A stretch of DNA of 64,000 nt, from assembly GCA_951406725.2 (NCBI GenBank), contig OX597834.1, forward strand, positions 18,104,001 through 18,168,000, given 5' to 3'. A model generated the notes under the pieces. It saw nothing but the letters and a program-made list of their open reading frames with translations. It did not search any database and was not told where the DNA came from. Shown here in pieces: positions 26,066 through 38,998 of the stretch. Positions within the stretch are counted from its first letter, which is position 1, and each line of letters begins with the position of its first letter. The position numbers were made by a program, and so were the translations under genes. This DNA comes from Octopus vulgaris (Eukaryota).

Positions 26066-26657
26066 TTAACCCTTTAGCATTCACCTTATTCTATGAAAAT
26101 AATTCTTATTTACACACATTGTTTAAAATTGATAATGCATTATCTTGTAGCTTTGAGATTTTGATGCGGTAACTGTTAATTTTTAGAATGACATTGTAGG
26201 GTTGGTGTAAGAGGCTAGATCTGACCAGTTTGAGCATAAAACAGGTACTTTCTTTGACTGTGGCCATGCTGGAGCACCGCCTTTAGTCGAGCAAATCGAC
26301 CCCAGGACTTATTCTTTGTAAGCCTAGTACTTATTCAATCAGTCTTTTTTGCCGAACCACAAAGTTATGAGGATGTAAACACACCAGCATCAGTTGTCAA
26401 GCGATGTTGGGGGGACAAACACAGACACACAAAATACACACACATATATATGTACATATATACGATGGGCTTCTTTCAGTTTCTGTCTACCAAATCCACT
26501 CACAAGGCTTTGGTCGGCTCAAGTCTATAGTAGAAGACACTTGCCCAAGGTGCCACGCAGCGGGACTGAACCCGGAACAATGTGGTTGGTAAGCAAGCTA
26601 CTTACCACACAGCCACTCCTACACCTAGAATATTTTGGCCAGACATGGCTGGTTTAA
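26066..26657 (+). mobile_element. piggyBac-type MITE family 1 interrupted by a family A SINE (about 26253-26625, minus)
   Basis: Starts TTAA-CCCTTTAGC. The MITE sequence resumes after the SINE and matches the intact copy at 32764. Confidence 0.8.
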
Positions 26658-26887
26658 CCTTTTATTACTATAATTTCTTTTGAAGTTCTCTGTTTTTCTT
26701 TCAATTGATTTTGAAAATAATGAAGAATTTAGTAAAATAACTTTGTCATTACCAGGCTCATGTTCGGAACATAAATTAGCAAGAAATTTTCACAGAAGCA
26801 CTGATGGTGCATCTCAGTGTATCTATAAGATGTATCTTAGAACACACATAGACCACCTTAAAACATGTCTGTATCATATAACCAGAG

Positions 26888-27443
26888 TGTAAGAATTAAC
26901 ACTTCCTTCTCTAAGCCTAGATTCGAAACCGAATCCAAGGATTCTCGGTCGTCCAAACCACGACGATCAACAGGTGCGAAAAAAGGTTTCCTTTGTCCTG
27001 TCAAAAATTGATTGATCATCTCCCTTTGACCTCATCATGTCAGGCGAAGTTCAAATGGAAAAGCGCTGACCTATTTAGGTACTAACTCACCTGCAGTACG
27101 TCTGTCTTTCTAGCTGCCACTTTTTATTATAAATACAAGGGTGAAACAGAAAGGCAATCGCAGCAGACAGACAAGATAGATCTATCTACGACCCAAAGGT
27201 TTTTGGCAGACGATAGAGACAGAGAGAAATGCTCGAAGTGCCGATCGACTTCTGTTTCGAATGAAACATGCACACACACAAACATATTCATTCCTAATAT
27301 GTACTCTGTATTTCTAGCAACTCGTAGCTGTTGCCTACATTTTTGTATGTAGTGTACCTCTAACGAATCAAGTCCTGTAAATAAACTCTTTTCAATCATG
27401 AATCGGTTTACATATTTGTTTACATACACACTTAACCACTACA
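26888..27443 (+). mobile_element. Solo LTR (556 bp, Ty3/gypsy-like) inside a piggyBac-type MITE family 2 (26654-27482)
   Basis: TGTA...TACA termini with 4-bp TSD AGAG (26884-26887 and 27444-27447). TATAAATA near 27128 and AATAAA near 27380. Removing it rejoins the MITE. Confidence 0.8.
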
Positions 27444-27696
27444 AGAGGTAGTTCCAGGTGGGTTGGTATCAAAAGGGTTAAATATTTATTTTGTTATGTC
27501 TGCTTTTTTGTCTTGTTGTATCGCAGCCCTATTTCCCATTCACAGTGCAACTCTACCCACTCACCCCTACCATTTTGTCCTTCACCCTTTTGGCAATTCT
27601 GAAATCACCAAAGCATTCTTAGGTCTTATTTATGTCACAATCCTGGCAAGAATATCTGTGGAGTCTGCTTCTCTCTACCTTTATCTGCAATTAGAA

Positions 27697-27924
27697 ACTC
27701 ATATTATGCGGAGAAAATCCCTGGAGAAGGACATCATGCTTGGAATGGTCAGTGGCAAGAGAGGAAGAGGCCGACCAAGAACCTACTGGCTTGATACCAT
27801 CAAGAGTGATACCGGAATGGACATAGCCAGTCTGAAAGAAGCGGCCCAGGATAGAACTGACTGGAGGACACTGATCCAACGAGTGACTGAGAGTTGACTT
27901 CGACTGAGTGGTTAGAAGAAGAAG
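27697..27924 (+). mobile_element. RTE/BovB-like LINE 3' fragment
   Basis: Encodes HIMRRKSLEKDIMLGMVSGKRGRGRPRT.WLD..., the same family as 3105-3390. (GAA)n tail. Confidence 0.92.
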
Positions 27925-28474
27925 TCAGAATATTGACAAATTATGACAAATGTTAATTAATTGGCAATGTTGCCAGCAAAAGCATTTTTATGCAAATCAG
28001 ACAAACCAATTTAGGAAAGAATAATACATAGTGACTACAAATAGCAATTATCACAATCTCTGTCTTTCTGACTGTAGATGGAGTGGGTGCATGACCCATG
28101 ATAATGAATGCAATTAAAGTCAAAATAAGTCAGGTTAATTCCTCCTTTTCTGTCCCCAGAGGAATAAAAGAAGACATTTATTTAAATTTGTCCCCTTGTA
28201 TTAGACTGAGCATCACAATGATTGCTAAAATTTGCATTGTTTATCATTGATCTTACTATACATTTTAAATTGTGTAACATATGTGTCGTTCTTTTCAACT
28301 CTAGGCACAAGGCCTGAACATACGTATCATTAACAAATTAAGCTAAATAGTCCAGATATTATTGTCAATACTGAAAAAGAAAAAAAAACAACAGCAAAAT
28401 AATGCTAATTCTTTCTTTACTGGTGACAAGGTTTACATAAAATATTATATTCCCTACATAGATTTTATAGTAGT

Positions 28475-28633
28475 GTAGGAGTGGCTGTGTGGTAAGTAGC
28501 TTGTTTACCAACCACATGGTTCCGGGTTCAGTCCCACTGCGTGGCACCTTGGGCATGTGTCTTCTACTATAGCCTCAGGCCGACCAAATCTTTGTGAGTG
28601 GATTTGGTAGGCGGAAACTGAAAGAAGCCCGTC

Positions 28634-28670
<37 letters not shown>

Positions 28671-28870
28671 TGTGTGTGTTTGTGTGTCTGTGTTTGTCCC
28701 CCCCCACCATCGCTTGACAACCGATGCTGGTGTGTTTATGTCCCTGTTACTTAGCGGTTCGGCAAAAGAGACCGATAGAATAAGTACTGGGCTTACAAAA
28801 GAATAAGTCCCGGGGTCAAGTTGCTTGATTAAAGGCTGAAATGACTGAAACAAGTAAAAGAGAGTAAAGA
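28475..28870 (+). mobile_element. CORE-type SINE family A
   Basis: Matches family A, with a short deletion near the 3' end. Confidence 0.9.
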
Positions 28871-28989
28871 GATATAATATATAATATAGAAGAAAATATG
28901 CAAAACACTACCCTGCCCACTGCATCGTTGCTTCCCCACCCTCTCCCCCTCTATATACCCAGATTCTCGAATGCTGAACAAATACATGA

Positions 28990-29832
28990 AGAACTGTCTT
29001 GTCACTCTCTTGTCAGTTCAAGATATGACTGCCATGGAAGTGTTTGTCATATCTTGGACTGGCACTTCTGTGTCTACAGTGTCCCTAGTAATACTAACAA
29101 GTCAAAGACTGATCAGATGAACCTCTTTGATCTTGATTCTCACCCAATACATTACAAACCCACTACAGAATGCCAGGGTAGGTGTTCCACTAACTGCTTT
29201 GTCCAATTGGGTGATGACTATGAGTATTTGACCACATTTTAGATGTTAGATGCTCAAACTTGGTCTCTGCAGATGACACAACCTCAGAGCATACCTATGC
29301 ATTAACAACAGCATCTTATGTCCTTCTCCACTGGAATGGCTGTTGACAACAGATGGACCTTCTGAAAGGCAGAAACTGACCCTTTTGCAACACAAAAACA
29401 AGTGAAAGGGTAAACATTCCAGCCTGGTCAGAAGTTTCCAGAGGAAAGACGTCCAACTTTTTCATTTATGCACGTTTCTTCCACATTTCATATTGCACTG
29501 TTGGTTGAATGGTGGTATGGCACAGACAGATTTTGACGTTCATGTCTATTTTGTTTCTGAACTAAATTGATTTACTGGTTCTGCATATAATATTGGTTTC
29601 AGTGTCTGTCATCACACAGAACTCAACCAAAATACACAAATCAACCCATGTCACAGAAGCCTAGTCTTCAACCATTATGGTGTGAAGCCTTGTTCTTTAA
29701 CCACCAAATTTCATAGCCTTCACTTTCTCTCTGTTCATTTTCAATCTAGTTTTCATCTTCATTCGGTTGGAGAGTCAGATCTTGAAGATAGTCTTTGGAT
29801 TCTGCTAGCAACACATTATCATCATATGTAAC
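28990..29832 (-). mobile_element. Old degenerate LINE (RTE-like RT)
   Basis: YDDNVLLAESKDYLQDL resembles the RT motif YADD.VL.AES...LQ. Downstream sequence is heavily decayed and the boundaries are approximate. Confidence 0.55.
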
Positions 29833-30399
29833 ATAGTGGCTTTTTAAAAAATTTATTAATCTGGAAGAAAGGCAGTGTTCATAACCCTTTGCAAAGCCTC
29901 CAAGACTCGTGGGTGGGGGACAAGGAAGGTTTTTTTTTTCAAACAGGAGACCTGACTTGGATGTTTGCAACAGAGTAGTCTCTGTTAAAGGCATCCTTAA
30001 GATGCCAGGAGGTGGTGTTAAACCAGACGAGGAATTAAATCTCAACACCCAAGTAGGTCACAACAAAATTTGAAGTCAGAATACAAGGAACTGGATCAAA
30101 TACCACTAGGTATCAAGTCTGATATACTTACAGTTCTGCCAATCTACTGTCCCAAATTGTTTTTTCACTGATATAAAAAGGTCAAAAGCAAATTTTATCT
30201 CAGAGATTTGAACTCAAATTTGAACTATTATCAGCACCAATACTATGAGGCTTTCTATCCAATATTCTAACTCTGCCAATTTCAGAAGATTATCAAAAAT
30301 TATCCATACAATTAGTAAACAAGACAGGCCTCTATTTAAAAGTTTAAAACAATCAAAAGCGCTAACTCCAAAAAATACCAGCTTACTGCCAAGAACTGG

Positions 30400-32110
30400 T
30401 ACGACTGAAATACACTTTTACCAGTTGGCTTTAATCCTTCGCCTATCTAAACCATGTTCAAAACGTTGTCCTAAACGTTCATACTTGCTTTCAGACTTTT
30501 CGCTAATTCTTGTTTCATACGTTCTCGGTAATAAAACCCCTTCCTTTCATAAGCCCCAAGTTATTTTGATGGTTGAATAAAAATTAGGGATGTGTATCAT
30601 ATATAATACGCGAATGCCAGGAAAATATGCCGTGTGTATAATGTGATACATAGGGGCGGGAAAAGGTTTAAAAGTAAAACTCACTTCCATCGGAGTCGTT
30701 TCTATAAAACTGAGGTTCTGTTGAGTGTAACTTAGCAAATTAACTAATATGTTTCTACGGTCATCTCACCATGTGTCATCATTGTTGGAAACTTCAAGGA
30801 AGCTGCTTCTTGTCACTGGACATGTCTGAATAGTAGCCAAATCTCCTTCATATCACAATCTTATAGTTGTACAGGATGTCGTGGTGAATACAGTTTGATG
30901 TACAAATAATTTTAAAAAATGAATGAAAAAGATGGGATGGTCACGTTAGGACCTCTTTTAATCATAGTTTGTTTCGTGCTTGGGTGAGATAGCGATAAAC
31001 CACAACTATGCAGAAGCCTTGCTAAAAATTGCAGTCAAATTTCTTACAAATCACAGGTACTGTATTTCTTATGAAAGGAAACCATCGAATAATATAGTGT
31101 CGTAGATATGGTTGAAAGAGCAGGATATGATATATGGCAATGATATATTATATCTAGTGCGGTATGTTGCCTCATGTGCTCCTTCTAGCAAGAATACTTT
31201 GATCATAGGTCATCTTGACCAGCACTGACTGACACACCGCGTGCCATGGCAAGGGAAGACAACTTCGTTGTGTTACGAAGAGCGAAAGGAAGTAGAAGGG
31301 AAACAACTCTGTGAATAACTAAACTTAAAGCAATAATAATAAGAATTCGTCCAGAAGTGATTCAAATCCGTTCTCGCGCCGAAACCGTGTCTTCATTCAT
31401 AAATTCCGTAGAGGATACGAATTACACCAATCCACAGGAATATTGAACAGCTGCAGAAATGATCGACATCAATAAAAGTTGTACCTACAACATCCAGATT
31501 GAAGATCTGGCTCGAGTTGTGGAGTTTTCTCCTTACGAATTATCCTGTAGATTATTGGCGATCGGCACAAACAGCCGAATTATTATTTTCTCATGCCGTT
31601 TCCCTGTGAGTTCACGTATTTTAAAGTTTGTGTTTCTAATTACATTTTTGCTTGTACTTTTTTGTCGTTTGTAATTTACTTAGATTTCATATTAATGAAG
31701 CGATGAGTTTTTTTTCGTATGCTCAGTTCGTCAGCGATTCGGGTTCGATTCTGGGCTAAAGTCGTTTTACTTTTTACACCATGCTGCCAATAACTTATGT
31801 TCCCTTATAAATCCGAATTATTTTGTTCAAGCAAAGGAAATAATAATAATAATAATAATAATAATAACGAAAGCTAACGTTTTGGAAGGTCGTTGGAACC
31901 TATATATATCCCGATTATTGATTTCTTTCGAAGCCGGTAAGCGGGGTTTTTTTTTTTTTTTTTTGAGAAGACTGAGTAACTTGTTAATCAACGTGTTGAT
32001 TATGATTGATATTTATTCTGCTAACAACCTGGTAAGGATTATTATACAATGTTCTTGTTTTTGGTGTGTCAGGTAAACAAACACGAAGCAAGTCGAAGCA
32101 ATATTAATGT
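30400..32110. promoter_or_regulatory. CpG-enriched promoter/first-exon region of Nup37
   Basis: CpG density is visibly above the flanks around exon 1 (not quantified). GC box GGGGCGGG near 30653. Confidence 0.55.
31459..31605 (+). CDS. NUP37: Nucleoporin Nup37 (WD40 repeat), exon 1 of 7
   Basis: ATG at 31459. Encodes MIDINKSCTYNIQIEDLARVVEFSPYE...IFSCRFP, which resembles the Nup37 N-terminus (EDYVHVVEFNPFE). Donor GTGAGT at 31606, phase 0. The seven exons join in frame to 326 aa. Confidence 0.93.
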
Positions 32111-32615
32111 CTCAAATACTTTCTCTCTCTCCACAACACACACACACACCGTTTGTACTTTAGTTTAATCGCTGCTCATCTGAATGAGACCTGAAATTAA
32201 ATGCGAACTCCTGGTGATAGATTTGCTTTTCTGTTAGTTGTAGTTTAGTTTGTGACTTTAGTAGTCTTATTTTTATCACCTGCTTTCACTGCACTACCGA
32301 GCACAGTTATGTGTGCCTTGGGTATGTGCTGTGGTTTGTTTTGATATTATTATTTTCACTTTATTGAAAGTGGTTTGTTTACATAAGATGCATGTGGTGT
32401 CAAGCTGTGTTATTTTTTGTATGTTATACACACATACATATGTAAGTCCTGGCATTATGCATTTGTCTGTACATTTTTTAACCATACCTAATGTACCCAT
32501 TATTATAGGAATTATTTCTGTTTTCAGGCTCCATGTTTTGGTATTATTGTTGTTGTTACTATTATCTACATTATTATTGTCCATACCTTTCAAATTTTCT
32601 TTTCTTTTTTAACAG

Positions 32616-32740
32616 GAAGAAGATGCAGAATTAAAAAACATGGAATATGAAGAATTACAAATATTACAAGCCGGTTGTGCCATCACTGCTCTCAGCTGGA
32701 GTCCAGACACCTCTGTTTCTCATATCACAAATTTTATCAA
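32616..32740 (+). CDS. NUP37: Nup37 exon 2
   Basis: Polypyrimidine tract plus AACAG acceptor. Encodes EEDAELKNMEYEELQILQAGCAITALSWSPDTSVSHITNFI(K). Donor GTATGT, 125 nt, ends phase 2. Confidence 0.93.
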
Positions 32741-32763
32741 GTATGTATCTAGACGATCATTGA

Positions 32764-32991
32764 TTAACCCTTTAGCGTTCAGATTACTCTGTCAAATATA
32801 AGGCTTTTTCATTCACATTGTTTTGAATTAATCCTGCCTTATCTTGTAGCTCTAAGAATTTGATGATGTGATAGTTTATTTTGAGGATGTCATTGTAGGA
32901 TATGAGTGAGAGGCCAGATCCGGATGGTTTGAACATAAAAGAAGTTGAAAATTTGGGCCGGATATGGCTGGTTTAAATGCTAAAGGGTTAA
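32764..32991 (+). mobile_element. piggyBac-type MITE family 1, intact
   Basis: TTAA-CCCTTTAGC ... GCTAAAGGG-TTAA. Further copies near 37198-37425 (-), 50924-51152 (+) and 58742-58967 (-). Confidence 0.9.
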
Positions 32992-33247
32992 GTGAAGTTT
33001 TTAGAGAGGAAAAACAATGGAGAATAACGTCCTTGTGTAGGATTATAGCATTGTTAATTATTTCCAGCGAGTCATTTTTTGAGGGAGGGAGAAGGCTACA
33101 ACAGTAATATTGGACAGAGTCATAATGCTAATAGGTAAAGCATTAGCCTGCCTGTTCATTTGTTTTCAGTTCATATTTACAGCAAACATTTCATTGTGTC
33201 TCTAAACCAAGATTGTTTTACTATGTGCTGATCAGTAACTCTCTCTC

Positions 33248-33648
33248 TCTTTTTACTTGTTTCAGTCATTTGACTGCGGCCATGCTGGAGCACCGCCTAT
33301 AGTCGAGCAAATCGACCCTGGGACTTATTCTTTGTAAGCCCAGTACTTATTCTATCGGTCGCTTTTGGCGAACTGCTAAGTGACGGCGACGTAAACACAC
33401 CAGCATCGGTTGTCAAGCTATGCTAGGGAGACAAACACAGACACACAAACATATACACACACATACATATATATATATACACATATATACGACAGGCTTC
33501 TTTCAGTTTCCGTCTACCAAATCCACTCACAAGGCATTGGTTGGCCCGGGGCGATAGCAGAAGACACTTGCCCAAGATGCCACGCAGTGGGACTGAACCT
33601 GGAACCATGTGGTTGGTAAACAAGCTACTTACCACACAGCCACTCCTG
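33248..33648 (-). mobile_element. CORE-type SINE family A (Nup37 intron 2)
   Basis: Near full-length family A match. Confidence 0.92.
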
Positions 33649-34248
33649 TTGAAGAATAGAAAGTAAAATCTTCTGAAATGTCTCATCATCATTTAACATC
33701 TGTTTTCCATGCTGGCATGGGTTGGATGATTTTACAGAAACTGGCAAGTCAGAAGACTGCACCAAATTCTGCCAGCTATTGTGGCAGGTTTCTCTGACTG
33801 GATGCCCTTCCTAACCCCAATCACTTTCTAGGGTGTCTTGGGTGTCTTTTCCAAAATATCACGTTTATCCTTATTCCTTTTAAAGATCTTATATATGTAT
33901 GCACATGCGTGTGTGCATGTGCATGTTGATGGAAAATCTTATTTGCTAAATTGGTTGAGAAATTTATCTCCCTTGGCTAATATCTATTTCGTTTCACTTC
34001 TTCGAACTGAGGTTAGTTCTGAACAACAAAGAAACTTATGTCATGATACACATTGATACATTCTTCATTCATTAAGTCACAGGTTCCACTTCATTTCATC
34101 TTTAGAGGATGTTACTTTGATTTTGTGTTTCTGTTAATATATAAAGCTGTCTCTGCCGTTCCATATTTTGTTTAAGCTATATTAGCAGGTTGACAGAATT
34201 TAGCCTTGACAATTGATTCGTTTCCCGATACTATGAAAACTGCTATAC

Positions 34249-34479
34249 CTATTTCTTTATTACCCACAAGGGGCTAAACAGAGAGGACAAACAAAGACAG
34301 ATATAGGTATTAAGTCGATTACATTGACCTCAGTGTGTAACTGGTACTTAATTTATCAACCCCGAAAGGATGAAAGGCAAAGTCGACCTCGGCGGAATTT
34401 GAACTCACAACGTAACGACAGACGAAATATGGCTACGCATTTCGCCCGGCGTGCTAACGTTTCTGCCAGCTCGCCGCCT
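34249..34479 (-). mobile_element. SINE family B with 17-bp TSD
   Basis: TSD TATGAAAACTGCTATAC at 34232-34248 and 34480-34496. Confidence 0.93.
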
Positions 34480-35154
34480 TATGAAAACTGCTATACTTCA
34501 TGTGTAAATACAGTCAAACTAAAAATAGGTGGGTCAATCACTAAAGATGGGTTGTCAGTGCTGAGATAATCTGTTAAGAAATGAAGTAATGTAGATGGGA
34601 GGGGGATGGCAAGAGGGGTGGTCTGCACTGGGTGATGCTTTTATGAGGTGGCGCTTTTGGGCCTGCTGTATAAACCTGTTATAGGCTGTATTGAATTAGG
34701 GCTGGAGTGGGAGGCTGCAAATTCAATGGCTGCCTCAGGCAGCACACACTCTAGCTATGGCACTGTACAAATGTCTGCTTACACTATTTTAAGTGCTGGT
34801 TTGAGTATTTTTACCAATTTTTGGACCATGAATCTCACCACAGTCAAACATCTCCAAAGAGAAGATAGAAGCATAGATTGTTTACAAATGATGAGGTACT
34901 GTAAATTTTAGAAAGGTCTGATGAAGATCAACAAGAATCCAGAATATGAGTTCAAGTTAGATGAAAATGAAAGATTTCAAGTGGAAAATGATAAATGTGT
35001 CCCAAATGAAGTGGTAGCAGTGATTCAATATTGGCATTACATTAATTCTGCTGATTTCAACATTGCCTTTCATCCTTTCAGTGTCAATAAAATAAGTACC
35101 AGTCATGTACTGGGTTCAATGTAATCAACTTACTCCTCCCACGAAATTGTTGGC

Positions 35155-35458
35155 CGTTCGAAATTGGCAGATACTAGCATCGCCTGACTGGCACCCGTGT
35201 CGGTGACATGTAAAAGCACCAACCGACCGTGGCTGTTTGCCAGCCTGCTCTGGCCCCTGTGCCGGTGGCACGTAAAAAACACCCACTACACTCATGGAGT
35301 GGTTGGCGTTAGGAAGGGCATCCAGCTGTAGAAACACTGCCTAATCAGACTAGAGCCTGGTGCAGCCTCCATGGCTTCCCAGACCCCGGTTTGAACCATC
35401 CAACCCATGCTAGCATGGAAAACGAACGTTAAATGATGATGATGATGATGATGATGAT
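35155..35458 (+). mobile_element. SINE-like family C
   Basis: Two subrepeats, body and (GAT)n tail. Confidence 0.88.
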
Positions 35459-35574
35459 TGATATTAAACTCACAGCTTGCTATTTCTCAATAATGTCTTC
35501 AGTTTTTAGTTGTTTCGGTTAATAGAGTTAATTGGTTAATTAGTTTGATTATGGTGAAGATATGATCATAAATA

Positions 35575-35970
35575 CAAGTGGCTGAATGGGGTTTCCTCCG
35601 AAAGCTCTCTGGAGTAATGTTACTCGACAGGGTGCTTGGTTCAGAGATCAGGGAGTCTTTCCAGGTCGAGCTGCCAATTCTCTATATTGAGGGATTACAG
35701 TTCTGGTACTGCAGACATGTGATAAGAATGACACAGGAAAGGATTGCAGGATGGGTTCTTCAAGCCAAACCAACTGGTAGGAGTCTGAGGGGCAGACTAA
35801 GAATGAAACAGTTGGATAATATCCATAATCTCAGTTGGTCATGCTTGGAAATTCAGTGGCAAAGTGTAATGATGGTTACTTCTGATAGGACCTTATGGAC
35901 AAGGTGCCTGAGGACTCTACCCTGGCAATCCTCCTAGGAATAGGGGGCAAAGAAAATGGATGGATGGGTG
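35575..35970 (+). mobile_element. Degenerate RTE LINE 3' fragment
   Basis: Encodes AE.GFLRKLSGV.LLDRV..SEIRE....LYIE..Q..Y..HVIRM..ERI...VLQAKPTG.S.RGR. GGAT-repeat tail. Confidence 0.82.
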
Positions 35971-36035
35971 GATAGAATATCACCAATATTTATTAATGTT
36001 TGTTTTGTTATAAATATTTTCTTTCTTGCCACCAG

Positions 36036-36108
36036 GCTTGCTGCTGCAGGAATGGACCATAACATAAGGCTTGTGTCATTTGACCTGAAAAAGGAACCAG
36101 TTGTTGAG
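36036..36108 (+). CDS. NUP37: Nup37 exon 3
   Basis: CCAG acceptor. Encodes (K)LAAAGMDHNIRLVSFDLKKEPVVE. Donor GTATTG, 73 nt, phases compatible with exons 2 and 4. Confidence 0.92.
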
Positions 36109-37512
36109 GTATTGTATTATCAAAACTATTCCTTCATAACAGTTTAGAGTGGAAGTTCACCCCATGTAGTCCATCATGTAATCTTACCATCTATGTCACT
36201 ACTTTGTCCTTATACCCTTTCATTCATTGCTGCTCCTTCCTTACTGGTATATTACTAGATTTTTTTCTGTTTTCCTGTCATTCTTTGACCTTCAGGTGTC
36301 CATATAAATGGTCAGTTTTATTTTCTCTTTATCTTCTGACCATTTGACTAATATCCTCTTGCCAAGTAAGGAAATAAACCTATGGCAGTATTTTATAATC
36401 ACAACTTGGTCACCCTACTAATATCATCTTAATTTATAATGTTGGCAGCAGTGATATTTTTAATGGGTAGTGGTGGCGACGGTGGCGGTGGTGGTGGTAG
36501 AGGTGCATTAAGGGTGATAAAGGTCATAGTCTTCTTCATCATCCACTTCCTGCTCTCTGGTTGTCCCAACTTCCTCTTCATACACCCATCATTTATTCTC
36601 AAATCTTTTGCCTTCTTTGTTGAAGAAGTAATGTAGGACTGAATTTATGTATATGTGTGTTTGTGTCTGTGTGTGTATGAATGTATCGTTATCACTTACT
36701 GCTCCTTTTTCCATGCTGATATTGGTTGAATGGTTTCACATGAACAGACAAGCAAGAGGGTTGTGCCATGTTCTGATATGGTTTCTATGGCTGGATGCCT
36801 TTCCTAATGCCAACCACATCACAGTATGTACTGAGTGCTGTTTTTATAGGACCGACACTGGTGAGGTCACCAGATATCCACAAGACAAGTCTCTCTCAAC
36901 TGAGTTGGGTATATTGCGGGATAAGAAAGTAGGGAAGAGGGACAAAGAGCTGGTGTCTTGCTGGAGAGGTGAGTATATGGCTTATCCATCTGGAGAGGGA
37001 GAAAGATGTGAGGTCAGGGTTCAAGGTGAATATGAGTGATAGAAATAAGATATATATATATGTATTTATAGGCTTCTGCACAGATTCTATCTATCAAGTG
37101 TGGGTTTGGTTGCTATAAAGTCATGCCACACATTGGAACTGAACCTGTGATGATACAATTGTAAAGTTAGGCAGCAAATTTATATATGATACATATTTTA
37201 ACTCTTCAGCATTTAAACCAGCCATATCCAGCCCAAATATTCTACCTGTTTTGTATTCAAACCAGCCAGATCCAGCCTCTCACACCTATCCTACAATGTC
37301 ATTCTAAAAGTAAACAATCACACCATCAAAATCTCAAAGCCACAAAATAATGCAGGATTAATTCAAGGCAATGTGACTAAATAAGTATTACGTTTGATAA
37401 AGTAATCTGAATGCTAAAGGGTTAAAATCCTCATTAAAAACAAATGTATTTATAAATAGAAAACAATATGATTTCATTTCTTATGTCTGTCAATGTTGGA
37501 ATTTATGTTCAG

Positions 37513-37713
37513 GAGCTGTCTGGTCATAAAAGCTTCATCAATGCAATTGCTTACGAACCAAATGTAGGGCAACAGCTTGCAAGTGTTGGCGACGATAATA
37601 CCTGCAGAATATGGGAGACCAGTGGAGAGGAGTCTAAAACGAAGGAAGTGTTGTGTTTTTACCTGATGTCGCCAGGTGTCAGTGTTTGTTGGCACTATGA
37701 AGAACCCAAAAAG
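37513..37713 (+). CDS. NUP37: Nup37 exon 4
   Basis: Encodes ELSGHKSFINAIAYEPNVGQQLASVGDDNTCRIWE...SPGVSVCWHYEEPKK, a classic GH...WD-type repeat matching Nup37 (GHTDFIN...SDDHTCRIW...SPGMSVCWH). AG/GT boundaries, 201 nt. Confidence 0.96.
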
Positions 37714-37829
37714 GTAAAGTAAACTACCATATTTTTGTTCAGCTTCCTTATATTGTTGTTATTGGTCCAAATAATCGGTAGAGTGTCAGACAAAAATGTT
37801 TATAATGTTATTTAGTCGTATCCTTTTAT

Positions 37830-38133
37830 GTCATCATCATCATTATCGTTTAGCATCTGCTTTCCATGCTGGCATGGGTTGGACGGTTCAACTGGGGTCT
37901 GGGAAGCCAGAAGGCTGCACCAGGTCCAGTCTGACCTGGCAATGTTTCTACGGCTGGATGCCCTTCCTAACGCCAACCACTCCATGAGTGTAGTGGGTGC
38001 TTTTTACGTGCCACCGGCACAGGTGCTAGGCGAGGCTGGCAAACGGTCACGATCGGATGGTGCTTTTTATGTGCCACTGGCACGGAGGCCAGGTGAGGCT
38101 GGCAACGACCACGATCGGATGGTGCTTTTTACG
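37830..38133 (-). mobile_element. SINE-like family C
   Basis: Reverse-complement match to family C, about 115 nt downstream of Nup37 exon 4. Confidence 0.88.
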
Positions 38134-38998
38134 TGAGTTCAAATCCTTGCTGAGGTCAACTTTGCTGTACATTCTTCATCAGTCAAAGAACTTTCATTGG
38201 TCTACTTGACTATACTCCTTTCTTTGAAATTTGTTATCATGTACAGATGTTAAAAGTCATTATTATTGTTGTTGTTAAGTTGGTGAGCTGGCAGAATTTT
38301 TAGCCTGCTGGTCAAAATGCTTAGCAGCATTTCATCTGTTTTTTATGTTCTGAGTTCAAATTCTGCCAAGGTCATCTTTGTCTTTCATTTTTTTTTTTGT
38401 GGTCAATAAAATAAATACCAGTCAAGCACTGGGGTCAATGTAATCGCCTAGCCTCCTCCCCATAAAATTTCAGGCCATATGCTTATAATAGAAAGAATTA
38501 TTATTGTTGTTGTTTTGAGTTCAAATCCCACCAAGGTCAGAGATGGTGGAATGATAGAAACCTTAGAATGTTGGACAAAATGCCTTACAGTATTTCTTCC
38601 AGCACCTTAATTCTGAGTTCAAATCCTGCCGAGGTTGATTTTGCCCTCATCTTTTCAGGGTCGATAAAATGAAGTACTAGTTGGGTACTAAGATCGATGT
38701 AATTGACTAATCCCCTCCGCCTAATAACTAGCCTTGTGCCTAAATTAATAACAGTTGTTGTTGTTGTGGTGTTTCTTGTTGCAGTATTGAGTTCTGGTTC
38801 AAATGACTTTCTCACTCAGTTTCTGTTGCTACTCGAAGTTATTTCATGTGTGCTATTGATAAATATCCTAGGCAAATGCATGAACATCACAACTGATACT
38901 CCTTTGTTGTTCTTCCATGGCCACACACTTCCTGTTGAGCCTCAGCTAGTCTCTGGTTTCTGTGGTGTTAAATAGCTGAAACACACGGAGAGGATACC

